From Mizuhopecten yessoensis (taxonomy: Eukaryota), in the NCBI RefSeq assembly GCF_002113885.1, contig NW_018407191.1, positions 1,134,123 to 1,198,122 of the forward strand: a stretch of DNA of 64,000 bases. Reading direction: 5' to 3'. How positions within the stretch are numbered: position 1 is the stretch's first letter; each line of letters begins with the position of its first letter. Both the position numbers and the translations under genes were made by a program. Below are positions 14,055 through 26,288 of the stretch, in pieces. The notes below the pieces were generated by a model. That model was not told where the DNA came from, searched no databases, and worked only from the letters and a program-made list of their open reading frames with translations.

Positions 14055-14930
14055 AAAAAACAAACATTGAAAGTAAACAAAACAAACACGTGGTAGGAAA
14101 CAACAAACATTGTAAATAAACAACACAAACACGTGGTAGGAAACAACAAACATGTAAGTTAACAACACAAACACGTGGTAGGAAACAACAACCATTATAA
14201 GTAAACAACACAAACACGTGGTAGGAAACAACAACCATTATAAGTAAACAACACAAACACGTGGTAGGAAACAACAAACATAGTAAGTAAACAACACAAA
14301 CACGTGATAGGAAACAACAAACATTGTAAGTAAACAACATAAACACGTGGTAGGAAACAACAACCATTGTAAATAAACAACACTAACACGTGGTAGGAAA
14401 CAACAAACATGGTAAGTAAACAACACAAACACGTGGTAGGAAACAACAAACATTTAAGTAAACAACACAAACACGTGGTAGGAAACAACAAACATAGTAA
14501 GTAAACAACACAAACACGTGATAGGAAACAACAACCATTGTAAGTAAACAACACTAAAACGTGGTAGGAAACAACAAACATTGTAAGTAAACAACATAAA
14601 CACGTGGTAGGAAACAACAACCATTGTAAGTAAACAACACAAACACGTGGTAGGAAACAACAACCATTGTAAGTAAACAACACAAACACGTGGTAGGAAA
14701 CAACAAACATGGTAAGTAAACAACACTAACACGTGGTAGGAAACAATAAACATTGTAAGTAAACAACACAAACACGTAGTAGGAAACAACAAACATTGTA
14801 AGTGAACAACACAAACACGTGGTAGGAAACAACAAACATTGTAAGTAAAAAACACAAACACGTGGTAGGAAACAACAAACATGTAAGTTAACAACACAAA
14901 CACGTGGTAGGAAACAACAAACATTGTAAG
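14055..14930. repeat. 43-bp minisatellite, ~20 copies
   Basis: Unit AAACAACACAAACACGTGGTAGGAAACAACAAACATTGTAAGT; degenerate copies on both flanks. Confidence 0.95.
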
Positions 14931-15876
14931 AACACTGTCAGGAAACAAATTAGTGTACAACAAATATGGTAAGTATACAAACGAATACACGACAGGAAAC
15001 GAAACATAGTGTAAATAATCAATTCATAAACTACACAGGAAACAACAAATGTTATAAAGAGGCAACAAAAACAGGCAGGAAAGCCTTATGAATGCAACAG
15101 ACGCCATACGTTATCATCTAGACCATAATTTGATTTTCAAAAAATCAAATTAGTAATCTATACAAGATAATCTTCAATACTATCTATTAGTCATGTAGCG
15201 CCAAAGCACGCGCAGACATTAGTTTTAAGAGCGGTGTTGATGACAGAGACTGCTCGAGTAAGTGGCCACTACCACGCGAATATACCAACCTAGCCAGAGT
15301 AAGGCAAGATTTATCGCCCAGTAGCAAGACGATTACGAAGGCATCGATATTATTTAATCTCCCAAAGTCAGGTTATTTGAGGTGATATAGAAATAATTAC
15401 AAAGCGCCCTGGAGATGAAATGTTGCTAGAATGAACTAGCACGCTGTCATTTGAGAATGGCTCCGATGCACGCATAGTACAAAACCGTAAAACTATATGG
15501 AGCAATACATCAAAGTAATGTCATATTAACAACAATTTTCGATGTGATACATTAGTATTGAGCACGTTTATATAATAAACCTATAAAGGCGATAATGCTG
15601 GCTATAGCATTGATTATTCTTATTAATTAATCATGATTATTACTGTTCTACGTGTAACATGTACTTTTTTTGCATTTAAAAATGATAAGTATAGTTAATC
15701 ATTAATATTTTGTGACAAAATGTTTTGAATATAATTTTCACGGATGGCTTAAGCACAAAACAATATTCACTCAGACCTCACTTTACAACTAATTGCATTT
15801 CCTTGTTATAAATTCGTTCGCGGATTCAAATAAGCGAATTGCAATACAGTATGTATTCATTGTTGTACCACTGGAC

Positions 15877-16100
15877 GGGGGTCGTGGTGGCCAAGTGGTT
15901 ATATCGTCTGACATTCTGTTACCACTAGCCCTCCACCACTAGGTCGCGGGTTCACGGCCCACGTGGGGCAGTCGCAAGGCACTTGCCGTAGGTCGGTGTT
16001 TTTTCTCCATGAAAACCGGCTTTCCTCCTACACAAAAACCTTGCACGTCCTTAAATGGCCATAGCTGTTAAAACGTAAAACACAAACAAACCAAACCAAA
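15877..16100 (+). mobile_element. Full-length tRNA-derived SINE (V-domain-like)
   Basis: A-box-like GGTGGCCAAGTGG, B-box-like GGGTTCACGGCCC, TTTCTCC..CCGGCTTTCCTCC core, (AAACC)n tail; perfect 14-bp TSD TTGTACCACTGGAC at 15863-15876 and 16101-16114. Confidence 0.9.
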
Positions 16101-16157
16101 TTGTACCACTGGACATTCGTAGCATCAGTTCTAGTTTTTATTCCACGCAACAATTTG

Positions 16158-18162
16158 ACTGACTCTGATGGTGGAGTATGGTACGATGTAACCTTGTGGC
16201 TAACTCTGATGGTAGACTATGGTTAGATGTGACCTTGTGGCTGACTCTGATGGTGGAGTATGGTTAGATGTAACCTTGTGGCTAACTCTGATGGTGGAGT
16301 ATGGTATGATGTAATCTTGTGGCTAACTCTGATGGTGGAGTATGGTATGATGTAATCTTGTGGCTGACTCTGATGGTGGACTATGTTTAGATGTAACCTT
16401 GTGGCTAACTCTGATGGTGGACTAGACTATGGTTAGATGTAACCCTGTGGCTGACTCTGATGGTAGACAATGGTTAGAGGTGACCTTGTGGCTGACTCTG
16501 GTGGTGGAGTATGGTATGATGTAATCTTGTGTCTGACTCTGATGGTGGAGTATGGTACGATGTAATCTTGTGGTTAACTCTGATGGTAGACTATGGTTAG
16601 GGGTGACCTTGTGGCTGACTCTGGTGGTGGAGTATGGTAGGATGTAATCTTGTGGCTAACTCTGATGGTAGACTATGGTTAAAGGTGACCTTGTGGCTGG
16701 CTCTGATGGTAGACTATGGTTAAAGGTGACCTTGCGGCTGACTCTGATGGTGGACTATGGTTAGATGTAACCTTGTGGCTGACTCTGATGGTAGACTATG
16801 GTTAAAGGTGACCTTGTGGCTGACTCTGATGGTGGACTATGGTTAGATGATGTAATTTGTGGCTGACTCTGATGGGGGACTATGTTTAGATGTAATCTTG
16901 TGGCTGACTATGGTGGTGGACTATGGTTAGATGTAATCTTGTGGCTGACTCTGGTGGGGGACTATGGTTAGATGTAATCTTGTGGCTGACTCTGGTGGAG
17001 TACTATGGTTAGATGTAATTTTGTGGTTGACTCTGATGGTGGACTATGGTTAGATGATGTAATTTGTGGCTGACTCTGATGGGGGACTATGTTTAGATGT
17101 AATCTTGTGGCTGACTATGGTGGTGGACTATGGTTAGATGTAATCTTGTAGTAGACTCTGATGGTGGACTATGGTTGGATGTAATCTTGTAGTTGACTCT
17201 GATGGTGGACTATGGTTGGATGTACCCTTGTGGCTGACTTTGACGGTGGACTATGGTTGGATGTAACCTTGTGGCTGACTCTGATGGTAGACTAGGTTAG
17301 AGGTGACCTTGTGGCTGACTCTGGTGGTGGAGTATGGGACGATGTAATCTTGTGGCTAACTCTGATGGTAGACTAGGGTTAGATGTGACCTTGTGGCTGA
17401 CTCTGACGGTGGACTATGGTTAGATGTAACCTTGTGGCTGGCTCTGATGGTAGACTATGGTTAAAGGTGACCTTGTGGCTGACTCTGATGGTAGACTAGG
17501 TTAGAGGTGACCTTGTGGCTGACTCTGGTGGTGGACTATGGTTAGATGTAATTTTGTGGTTGACTCTGATGGTGGACTATGGTTAGATGATGTAATTTGT
17601 GGCTGACTCTGATGGTGGACTATGTCTAGATGTAATCTTGTGGCTGACTCTGGTGGAGTACTATGGTTAGATGTAATTTTGTGGTTGACTCTGATGGTGG
17701 ACTATGGTTAGATGATGTAATTTGTGGCTGACTCTGATGGGGGACTATGTTTAGATGTAATCTTGTGGCTGACTATGGTGGTGGACTATGGTTAGATGTA
17801 ATCTTGAGGTTGACTCTGATGGTGGACTATGGTTAGATGTAACATTGTGGCTGACTCTGATGGTGGATTATGGTTAGATGATGTAATTTGTGGCTGACTC
17901 TGATGGTGGACTATGGGTAGATGTAACCTTGTGGCTGACTCTGATGGCAGACTATGGTTAGAGGTGACCTTGTGGCTGACTCTGGTGGTGGACTATGGTT
18001 AGATGTAACCTTGTGGCTGACTTTGATGGTGGACTATGTGTGACCTTGTGGCTGACTTTGATGGTGGACTATGGTTGGATGTAACCTTGTGGCTGACTCT
18101 GATGGTGGACTATGGTTAGATGATGTAATCTTGTCGCTGACTCTGATAGTGGACTATGGTTA
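16158..18162. repeat. 41-bp minisatellite, ~48-49 copies
   Basis: Unit GACTCTGATGGTGGACTATGGTTAGATGTAACCTTGTGGCT with recurring variant blocks. Confidence 0.97.
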
Positions 18163-18313
18163 CAATTGAAGCTGGGATTTATTCCGGCACGGTTCACGTG
18201 AAATACTGGTTGAAGAGAAAAGTTTCTGTTGTATCAAACAGAAAGGTGTAACGTTATGAGGGTTTTACAGACACATTCTCCTTATGTTTTATTGCTTCAT
18301 ACGTTTCGTAACA

Positions 18314-18919
18314 TCCACTGCAGGTCGGGGATCGAGAAAAGAATACACCTGTTGTTACCCACTGAATGTATCGACAGAAGCGACAAATGTTGGGAACCCC
18401 TGCAGAATTTGGGATTTTCTTTTGTGCCCTCTACTTAGGGACACAAAAACGGCCAAAATAAATCTGCTGTACCTATTGCAACATTTGGGAACTTTTTCTT
18501 TCTTTCTACTTCTAATTACCTTTTATTTCCTAGCGCCTTGCTTGGCAATACCTCACTTCTGGCGTTAATGTTGAGCGTTCGCCAAGGTGAGGAAGGCAAT
18601 GGTTTCTGTCCCCAGGCCGGGACATACCGAAGTCCTTCAAAATGGTAGTTGCTATTCCCTGCTTAACGTTCAGCACAACCGTTGTCAGTATAATGTGACC
18701 GGGCGGAATGCTGTGCTTGGTGTCTTCGGCATGGTATTTCAGTGAGATAGCAATATAAAGTCGGCATCAGCTTCGCCTTACCACAAGGAGACAAGCACAA
18801 CAACATACCCTGTCTCCGGCACACATACACACATGCACGCATGCACAACACACATTGAGGCACGTCTTTAAATGACCTTAGCTGTTAATAGGACGCTAGA
18901 CAAAATAAAACCAAACCAA
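18314..18919 (+). mobile_element. ~600-bp composite SINE with Meta-domain-like core and shared 3' tail
   Basis: 13-bp TSD ACGTTTCGTAACA at 18301-18313 and 18920-18932; core GGGACATACCGAAGTC..AAAATGGTAGTTGC..CCCTGCTTAACGTTCAGCA; tail matches the short SINE. Confidence 0.75.
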
Positions 18920-20303
18920 ACGTTTCGTAACAAATAAGATACGAACGTGCATTCTTTTGATTTTAGAACCACTAAGTAATCATAAATGGAAGAAGTGGTC
19001 ATATGACTAAAAAGTGTTTGTTTTTTGTGTTTATTTCCTAGTATTTCTGTGATTTTTGAAATTGGTTCCCATTAAATTTAGGTATTTGAAGTATCATCTA
19101 CACATATTTTTGTTGTATATGTAATGCTTTAAAAAAAGATACGTAATATACGGCTAGTATGGCATTATAAAACAATCTAATTTCGTTTTAATTCACTTCA
19201 AAATCCCGTCCAGACAGGTTGTAAGTTAACCGTTGGTATATGGTATATTCTTAAGCTATGGGAGGGGTCTACTTTCGAAATCATGGGTTTTAAGGTTTTA
19301 CCTTATTCCGATGAGTACAGTCATAACTATTTATTTATTTTTTTGTAAATCGGTTTTTGCCAAATCAAAATAATTACAGCCATCTATATTCGGTCCAAAA
19401 CTTTTAATTATTCTAACTCTTCTCTTTACAGTATTCATAATAACTTACAGTCTACTCTAATATTCACAAAATTAATGGAGTTATCATCTCATCAGCTGGT
19501 TAAAATTGAAAGCCTTTCCTTAAGTCATGTTAACCATTTCACAAATATATTTTTTATTCAATACCCCTAGTAACTTTTTTATTTCGTAGTGATGGGGTTT
19601 TACTGCCCCTTTGTTTTAACAGTAGTTTAGACCATTTGGATTTTCAAAATTTTGGGTGGTTGTGTGTGGTACGTTTATCCTTCTTAATGGACGAGATTGC
19701 TACATAGTATAGTAAATGTTAACTTTGTTTGAAATTCTGCATCGATCTACTCAATTCTATTCAGGTACTTCCTTACTTAGTACTTATAATATTTTCTAGT
19801 GATTATTTTACAGTAGTTTCATACTTGAACAAGCGAGACAACTCTTACCAAGCGTGCATCTGTTCCAGGATATGATCAATGACATTGATTTAATGTAGAT
19901 TGTCATTACCAACAGAAAAATAGCCCTCATCCTTCGAGTTGAACAAAGCTATTTTTCCCAGTTTCCTGAATGTTTTTAGTTTTACCATTGAGTATCCTGC
20001 ATGACCTAAATATAAGAAGAACACGTGTGTAAGCACTTGACCGGACACGTACACGTGTCACTGTCCAATGTTTACTCAAATTATAAACATTGTGAAGGCA
20101 GTCACGTGATGGACTGAGAATCGAATTAGTTTAGTAATTGGACCTTAATTGAGCCGACTATCGATACGAATTTCTCGTAATCGACCATACAGTGCATAAA
20201 ACTGAATCTTTTCATTTTAATAACATTTATAGTGTAACACAGCAGCCGTAAACACACGTAACAGTTGATAACAGTAGTGTTTATTTATAGACGTGCATCA
20301 ACA

Positions 20304-20975
20304 ATCTCATTACAGGTACATGTACAGGTGGTTACAACATCTCATTACAGGTACAGGTACAGGTGGTAACAACATCTCATTACAGGTACATGTACAAGTG
20401 GTTATAACATCTCATTACAGGTACATGTACAGGTGGTTATAACATCTCATTACAGGTACATGTACAGGTGGTTACAACATCTCATTACAGGTACATGTAC
20501 AGGTGGTTACAACATCTCATTACAGGTACATGTACAGGTGGTTACAACATCTCATTACAGGTACATGTACAGGTGGTTATAACATCTCATTACAGGTACA
20601 TGTACAGGTGGTTACAACATCTCATTACAGGTACATGTACAGGTGGTTATAACATCTCATTACAGGTACATGTACAGGTGGTTATAACATCTCATTACAG
20701 GTACATGTACAGGTGGTTACAACATCTCATTACAGGTACATGTACAGGTGGTTACAACATCTCATTACAGGTACATGTACAGGTGGTGATTACATCTCAT
20801 TACAGGTACATGTACAGGTGGTTATAACATCTCATTACAGGTACATGTACAGGTGGTTACAACATCTCATTACAGGTACATGTACAGGTGGTTATAACAT
20901 CTCATTACAGGTACATGTACAGGTGGTTGCAACATCTCATTACAGGTACATGTACAGGTGGTTACAACATCTCAT
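20304..20975. repeat. 35-bp minisatellite, ~19 near-identical copies
   Basis: Unit AACATCTCATTACAGGTACATGTACAGGTGGTTA(C/T). Confidence 0.97.
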
Positions 20976-22181
20976 CTACGTATGGTAATACTTCACGTTG
21001 TGTCTCTGACTTCGAGCTAAGTAACTAGGCCTGTGCCAAACCATGGCCACACTCGATCCCATACTCTGTCTCTCTGAACCTGGGTCCAAATTGACCTGTC
21101 CCTTCTCATGGCCAATTCCCGACCCCATGAATATGGGATGCACCCCGTTAAATACGTTTTCCAGTATATATGTTACATTATTGCCTACAGCCATCATCTG
21201 TAAACCTGTCATCATTAATACTTGGTACATACCTATGAGACTATAATTCCTCCAAGTATTACATGTACCCTTTAGGCTACTGCTACCCGACACATTACTT
21301 CCCACGACTAGTACGCGACTAACAATCTACAGATATAATGAATCTAATTCTAGTCGTGAAAACATTTTGATGAACAAATAAAATTTTATTCAACAATTCA
21401 AATGTTAAATGCATTACAGATATTCGTTCTATAAAGAAATATAAAACCAACCGGTTATGCAATCGAAAATACGTATCCTATTCCAAACGACATTCGGTTA
21501 TACCCCATCACAAAAACTCAATTTATTTACTGCCTGAACCTGACATTGCAATAAACCTGAATGGAAAATTATCAACATTCTTCAGACATATTGGGGTTTT
21601 TTTCACTATTATCCAACAAAGTTATATACCAAGATATAATACATCACATGGAATATGCAAAATTGTATGCACAAAAATATTTTCTCTAAAGAAAACGTAA
21701 GCTATCTTAAGCGAAAGTCATCAAAGCATATTTTACATGTTTCACTTGATGAGTTTTGAAATATTTCTTCACAGTCCAGATATTTTGTATTATTACACAA
21801 CCTTGCTAGTTCAAGATAACGTTCTGCGAGCACGTGTACGAACACATGGCAATCCATTCGGCAGAAGCTTATACAATTTTCTTATGGGGACAACCGTGTA
21901 ATGTCACCGACCTGTGGCATAAACTATAAGCTAGGTCAGCTTGATTTTACTTTCACTAATTCTACCTTATTAAAATACTTTGTTTATGCTGTTATGTTTT
22001 ATTACACGGTGTGAGGCTTTTTATAATTAAAGCTAAATGAGTGAAGAAGAGTATGATAGGGGGTGTAATTTTTCGATTCTCTTAAATCAAAGGAATGTCA
22101 TTTTCTTATTCTAGAACGTTAAGCTAACTATGCCTCCAGAGATCGGGTATAGTTTGTTTCATAACAGAATTTTACCAACGG

Positions 22182-22220
22182 TATATAAAAGCAAGAAAAT
22201 AGTTCATTTGGGAATCACTT
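22182..22220 (+). promoter_or_regulatory. TATA box plus initiator of the SOUL gene
   Basis: TATATAAAA at 22182-22190, TCACTT Inr-like motif at 22215-22220, donor CCAG|GTAAGA at 22256/7, acceptor at 22494/5 just before the ATG. Confidence 0.65.
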
Positions 22221-22508
22221 GAAACCTCTTCACCGTTACAGAATCAGCTTTCCCAGGTAAGAATAATGGTAGCTAAGCTAGCTTTGTTACAAAGAAATTG
22301 TTTTGTTGTGCTATTTTGAAATGTTATTTCTCTTACTTTTTTATGGATAGCTTAAACTATCTTTATGATATTCATCAAGATCTAATTTTGTTTGTGAATC
22401 GCAAAAAAATATTCGGGTAAGCATGTATCTCCAAAGTATTCGAATCAACCTCTTACCTTTCTGTGGTGTTAATCACGACTGCTTACTTTCACAGTGTATT
22501 TGATAGAG

Positions 22509-25500
22509 ATGAAGACTATGTTATTCGCCTGCTTCGTGACACTACTGGCGGGGGCTGACGCGGCAGGGTTCCTCGACTTACTATTTGGGGTTCCGACAGA
22601 TCCTCCTGGACTTCTGAACATGACGAACAAACACTGGTTCTGTCACGATCTCGACTGCCCAGCTTATGAACCTATGATGACTCCACCTGTAAGTAACGAT
22701 ATAATTTGTATATGATAACTTTATACAACGATATTATAAATACGAAGCATCACGATTTTCAGGATATATGTGTGTCCTTTTAATTTGTCTAGGTTTTTCT
22801 ACATGTGAGACTATCGTCGTTAACTAGAGCTGATTATTATGATCTGTTGTTATTTCATGTATTTTCTTTATGACGGTGCATGTTGTTTTCTGTTTCGTTT
22901 TGGTGTCTCTTCAGTTGCTATCGTTTTCTGTTTCTATCGCATTTGAGCTTAGATTTTTGTCTTTTCGCATTAATGATGTGCATTTATTAATTTATCTTTT
23001 TATTTATTTATTTTTACGTATGTTCACTACATACTAGTGTACTGTTAAGTATGACTTTACCTTTTACCGGCTGTTGTGATAGTTTATATAAAATTGCACT
23101 GTTAGAAATCCTCTCAAATTCCAAATTTCTAGATAAAATCAGATCACTCCCGGGACGTTTCATATTTATTTAAACAATGTAATTATTGTTGATATAATTA
23201 CAAGTGGCCTCTGGCAAATCCCATAAAACCCCGCTAGGAATTTATGGTAGATTTGCCAGAGGCCACTTGTAATTATATCAACAATAATTACATCCAGACA
23301 ACCAGGTATTTTTTATATTTACATATTTTTCTTTTTTAAGACATATTCCTACAAAAACCATTTGCCCTGCCTCAAAATACATTTCAGGCGGCCATTTTGT
23401 TTGTTTACATATTCCTACGCCTGAAACAGGCAGTTGTAATTATAGTCGAGCAGTTGTAATTATAGCCTATATAATTACACTTGCCCTCTAACACTGTTGT
23501 AATGGGACGGCGCGGGGGCAAATGTAAATATAAGGTATCAGAAAGGTCTATTTCATTCATGTATCGTTTCATATTTATAAGGTATCAGAAAGGACTAGTC
23601 TATGGAAATCCATTTTACCTTGGGGACAGCCAGGTGTATTTGATACTGCCAACATAAAGATCATTTTCTCTCTTTAAAACACAACATTCGAACACTTTCG
23701 GTATTAAATATAATGTAATTTATTATTTTTGAGTGCTAATTGTCTTACCGAACTACAGCTTATACGAAATATTCTATATCGTTTCTATTATTTGAGTTAG
23801 TTTGCTATGTATCTCAGCGAGTATGTTATACAGCCCATGTAATTAGACATAACATTTACCCTCCTCTATCTGACCGTCTGCTACCACTAGCCCTCCACCA
23901 CCACTGGGTCGCGGGTTCGATACCTACGTGGGGCAGGTCGGGGGCTTTTTCTCCGGGAACTCCGGCTGTCCTCCAACACCGAAACCTGGCACGTCCTTAA
24001 ATGACCATAGCTGTTAATGGGACGTAAAATACAAACAAACAAACAAATACCCTCCTCTATGTTTTATGCAGGGTTACGAGAAAAGGAGATATGAGGATTC
24101 TAAGTGGGTGGCTACCAATGTTACAACAAATAACTACGGTTCAAGTCAAAATTCGCAAATGTTTAACAAACTCTTCAAGTACATCTCCGGGGAAAACTCA
24201 ATGCGTAAGTATCTTAATGTCGTTGACATATTTCTGTTAATTGTCCATTACATGATTAATCCTTATGAAGACTTTGTTTTCAATTTAGGAATTAACAATA
24301 TTTTTGTTCTTGTTATTTATACCGTATATATCTCACAAATGTTGAGAACACATTTCATCAAGCTTAAGGTTTATCGGAAAACAGTGCAAGCAGGTTTTTT
24401 AGGACTAAATCTTGTTTTTTCTTTATTATTTCATTTACAAACAAAACAACAATTTCTATATGCAAAGTTTGTTGTTTTTTACTTATTTTTGACAAAAAAA
24501 TGCAGCAATTGCTCAGTCATTAATTACTAAATCGTCATTATTCGACCAATCAAAAGTAGCAATTTTAAAAATATCGCTTCAGCTGGAGTTGTTTTTGAGG
24601 TTATCACATATGTTCTAATATCCGAGCAATGCTTGAAATAGACAAATTAGTTGTTATTAACAAACATTATGTAAAAAAAAAAAACAATCATAAACTAGCT
24701 GTGTTTTTGTCGGAGCAAGAAATGACTTATAATGACAATGATCAGCATGTTTCACTCCAAACTATACATTTATGTTTATATAAGGAACGCTCTCAAATAG
24801 CGTGTTGTTTCTCTTTTATATTAGGATGCCATATATTGGTTATTAATTTGCATTTAGTTGTTATTACGTTGCATTAGAATATGTCGTAAATGTAGATAAT
24901 TTTGAATTTGCGTAAAAGAGTGTAACAATATATTCTTCAGACCAAAAGGTTCCCATGACGGCGCCAGTGTTAAAACACGAAACCCCTGGAGCTACCCCCG
25001 GTGCAGCTTCTACACACATCATGTACTTCATGGTACCACATGACATGCGCGTCTCTACCCCAGCGCCAACCGACCCTTCGGTCTACCTCGTCACTCTTCC
25101 CTCAATGGTAGTGTATGTCGGGTAAGTAATGATTACTACACTTACATAGAACAAAACGAGGCAACCACGAATGGCGGTTCTATAGAATCAATGGCTTATG
25201 GGTAGTACGTTCTAGTAATTATATGAAACTTATACTTTGGTATTGTGAAATATTAGGCCCAATTTTCTGTTACGTTTCTAACCTAAATTTCAAAATATAC
25301 CTAAGTTAAACGATGTTTTCCCTGTGGGGAAACTTAACACTGAAGAAAAATGTGTAGTTAAATGTTTCCAGAAACCGAATCCTGTGATGTGATTTATTTT
25401 GCAATAGTTGATTAATGATGGATATCATTCTGTATATATATATATATATATAATTGTAGCTATTTCAGGAGTGTTGTATCCTTGAAAATCACTTAGGAGT

Positions 25501-26115
25501 GTATTGTCATCGAAAACTACTTAGAGTTGTTTTTCATTGAAAATCTAAGTTTCAACTAATGACTAAACGATGGATACAACATTCGGCCTTTAAACATTAT
25601 CAGCTTTAAATCAAACATGATGAAAGTAGCAAGTTTCTGATTTCCCGAGATCAGGTCTAGATAATATCATAAAGGTGAAGCGGAGGGAACAGACATGGTA
25701 TGGTCAACAATAAATTCCGGGGGGAAAACGGGAATCTAGCAAAATAAGAACTGTTTTATAAAGGGTATATACATGTACATGTAACAGAGCTATACGCTAA
25801 CTGGACCCTTCCTCAAGTTATACATGGAGTTTTCTTAGTTAATCTTAGTTAAGCATCGCGATATCTACATTGTAGTATATTTTCGTGTTAATTTTAACGA
25901 TAATGAAGATGTTTATAGCATATTTACATCAAATTCATTTTTCATATAGCTCCTACAGCGGATATGCCAGCCAAAGTAAGGACACAGACGCTCTTAATGC
26001 CTTGAGGGCGGAGCTAAAGACCACGTCCTCCAATTCTGGATATACATTCACCGCCGGATATGACAGTCCATTTAACCTCATTCACAGACACAACGAAGTC
26101 TGGATTGTCGAATAA
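22509..26115 (+). CDS. SOUL/heme-binding protein 2-like with N-terminal signal peptide (~219 aa, 4 coding exons)
   Basis: Coding exons 22509-22688, 24072-24204, 24941-25121, 25950-26115; GT-AG, phases 0/1/2 consistent, 660 nt total. SOUL motifs: CPAYE, YEKRRY, KWVAT, FNKLFKYISGEN, VPMTAPV, PAPTDPSVY, TAGYDSPF, RHNEVW. Non-coding exon 1 ~22217-22256. Confidence 0.92.
23177..23293. repeat. Foldback inverted repeat (~50-bp arms), probably part of a non-autonomous DNA element
   Basis: ATGTAATTATTGTTGATATAATTACAAGTGGCCTCTGGCAAATC and its exact reverse complement. Confidence 0.85.
23870..24047 (+). mobile_element. 5'-truncated SINE in a SOUL intron
   Basis: Same family as 15877; 13-bp TSD TACCCTCCTCTAT at 23857-23869 and 24048-24060. 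Confidence 0.9.
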
Positions 26116-26282
26116 TTATTGTGTATAGCACCGTTATTTGTATGTTCCAATACACGTGCTTCATACTTGTATATTGTCTCAAAGCCATGATGATCTCAAA
26201 AACAATTGTAAATATTGTACAGCGTAAATATTGTAAGTAATATAACATGATGAGTCATTGATGACGTAAGCGCTTTTTTGTA

Positions 26283-26288
26283 AATAAA
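26283..26288 (+). terminator. Probable polyadenylation signal of the SOUL gene
   Basis: AATAAA ~170 nt after the stop, followed by T-rich sequence. Confidence 0.55.

Noticed and set aside
13968-14990. Long overlapping Cys/Val/Leu-rich ORFs
   Set aside because: Translation of the 43-bp repeat; unit is not a multiple of 3 and the same peptides cycle through frames.
14055-20975. CRISPR-like interpretation of the arrays
   Set aside because: Head-to-tail units with no unique spacers, no cas-like ORFs, eukaryotic context.
20468-20988. Repetitive ORFs (VTTSHYRYMYRW...)
   Set aside because: Artefact of the 35-bp minisatellite.
25950-25959. Alternative in-frame acceptor 9 nt into the last SOUL exon
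   Set aside because: The upstream acceptor fits the family pattern better; no evidence of use.
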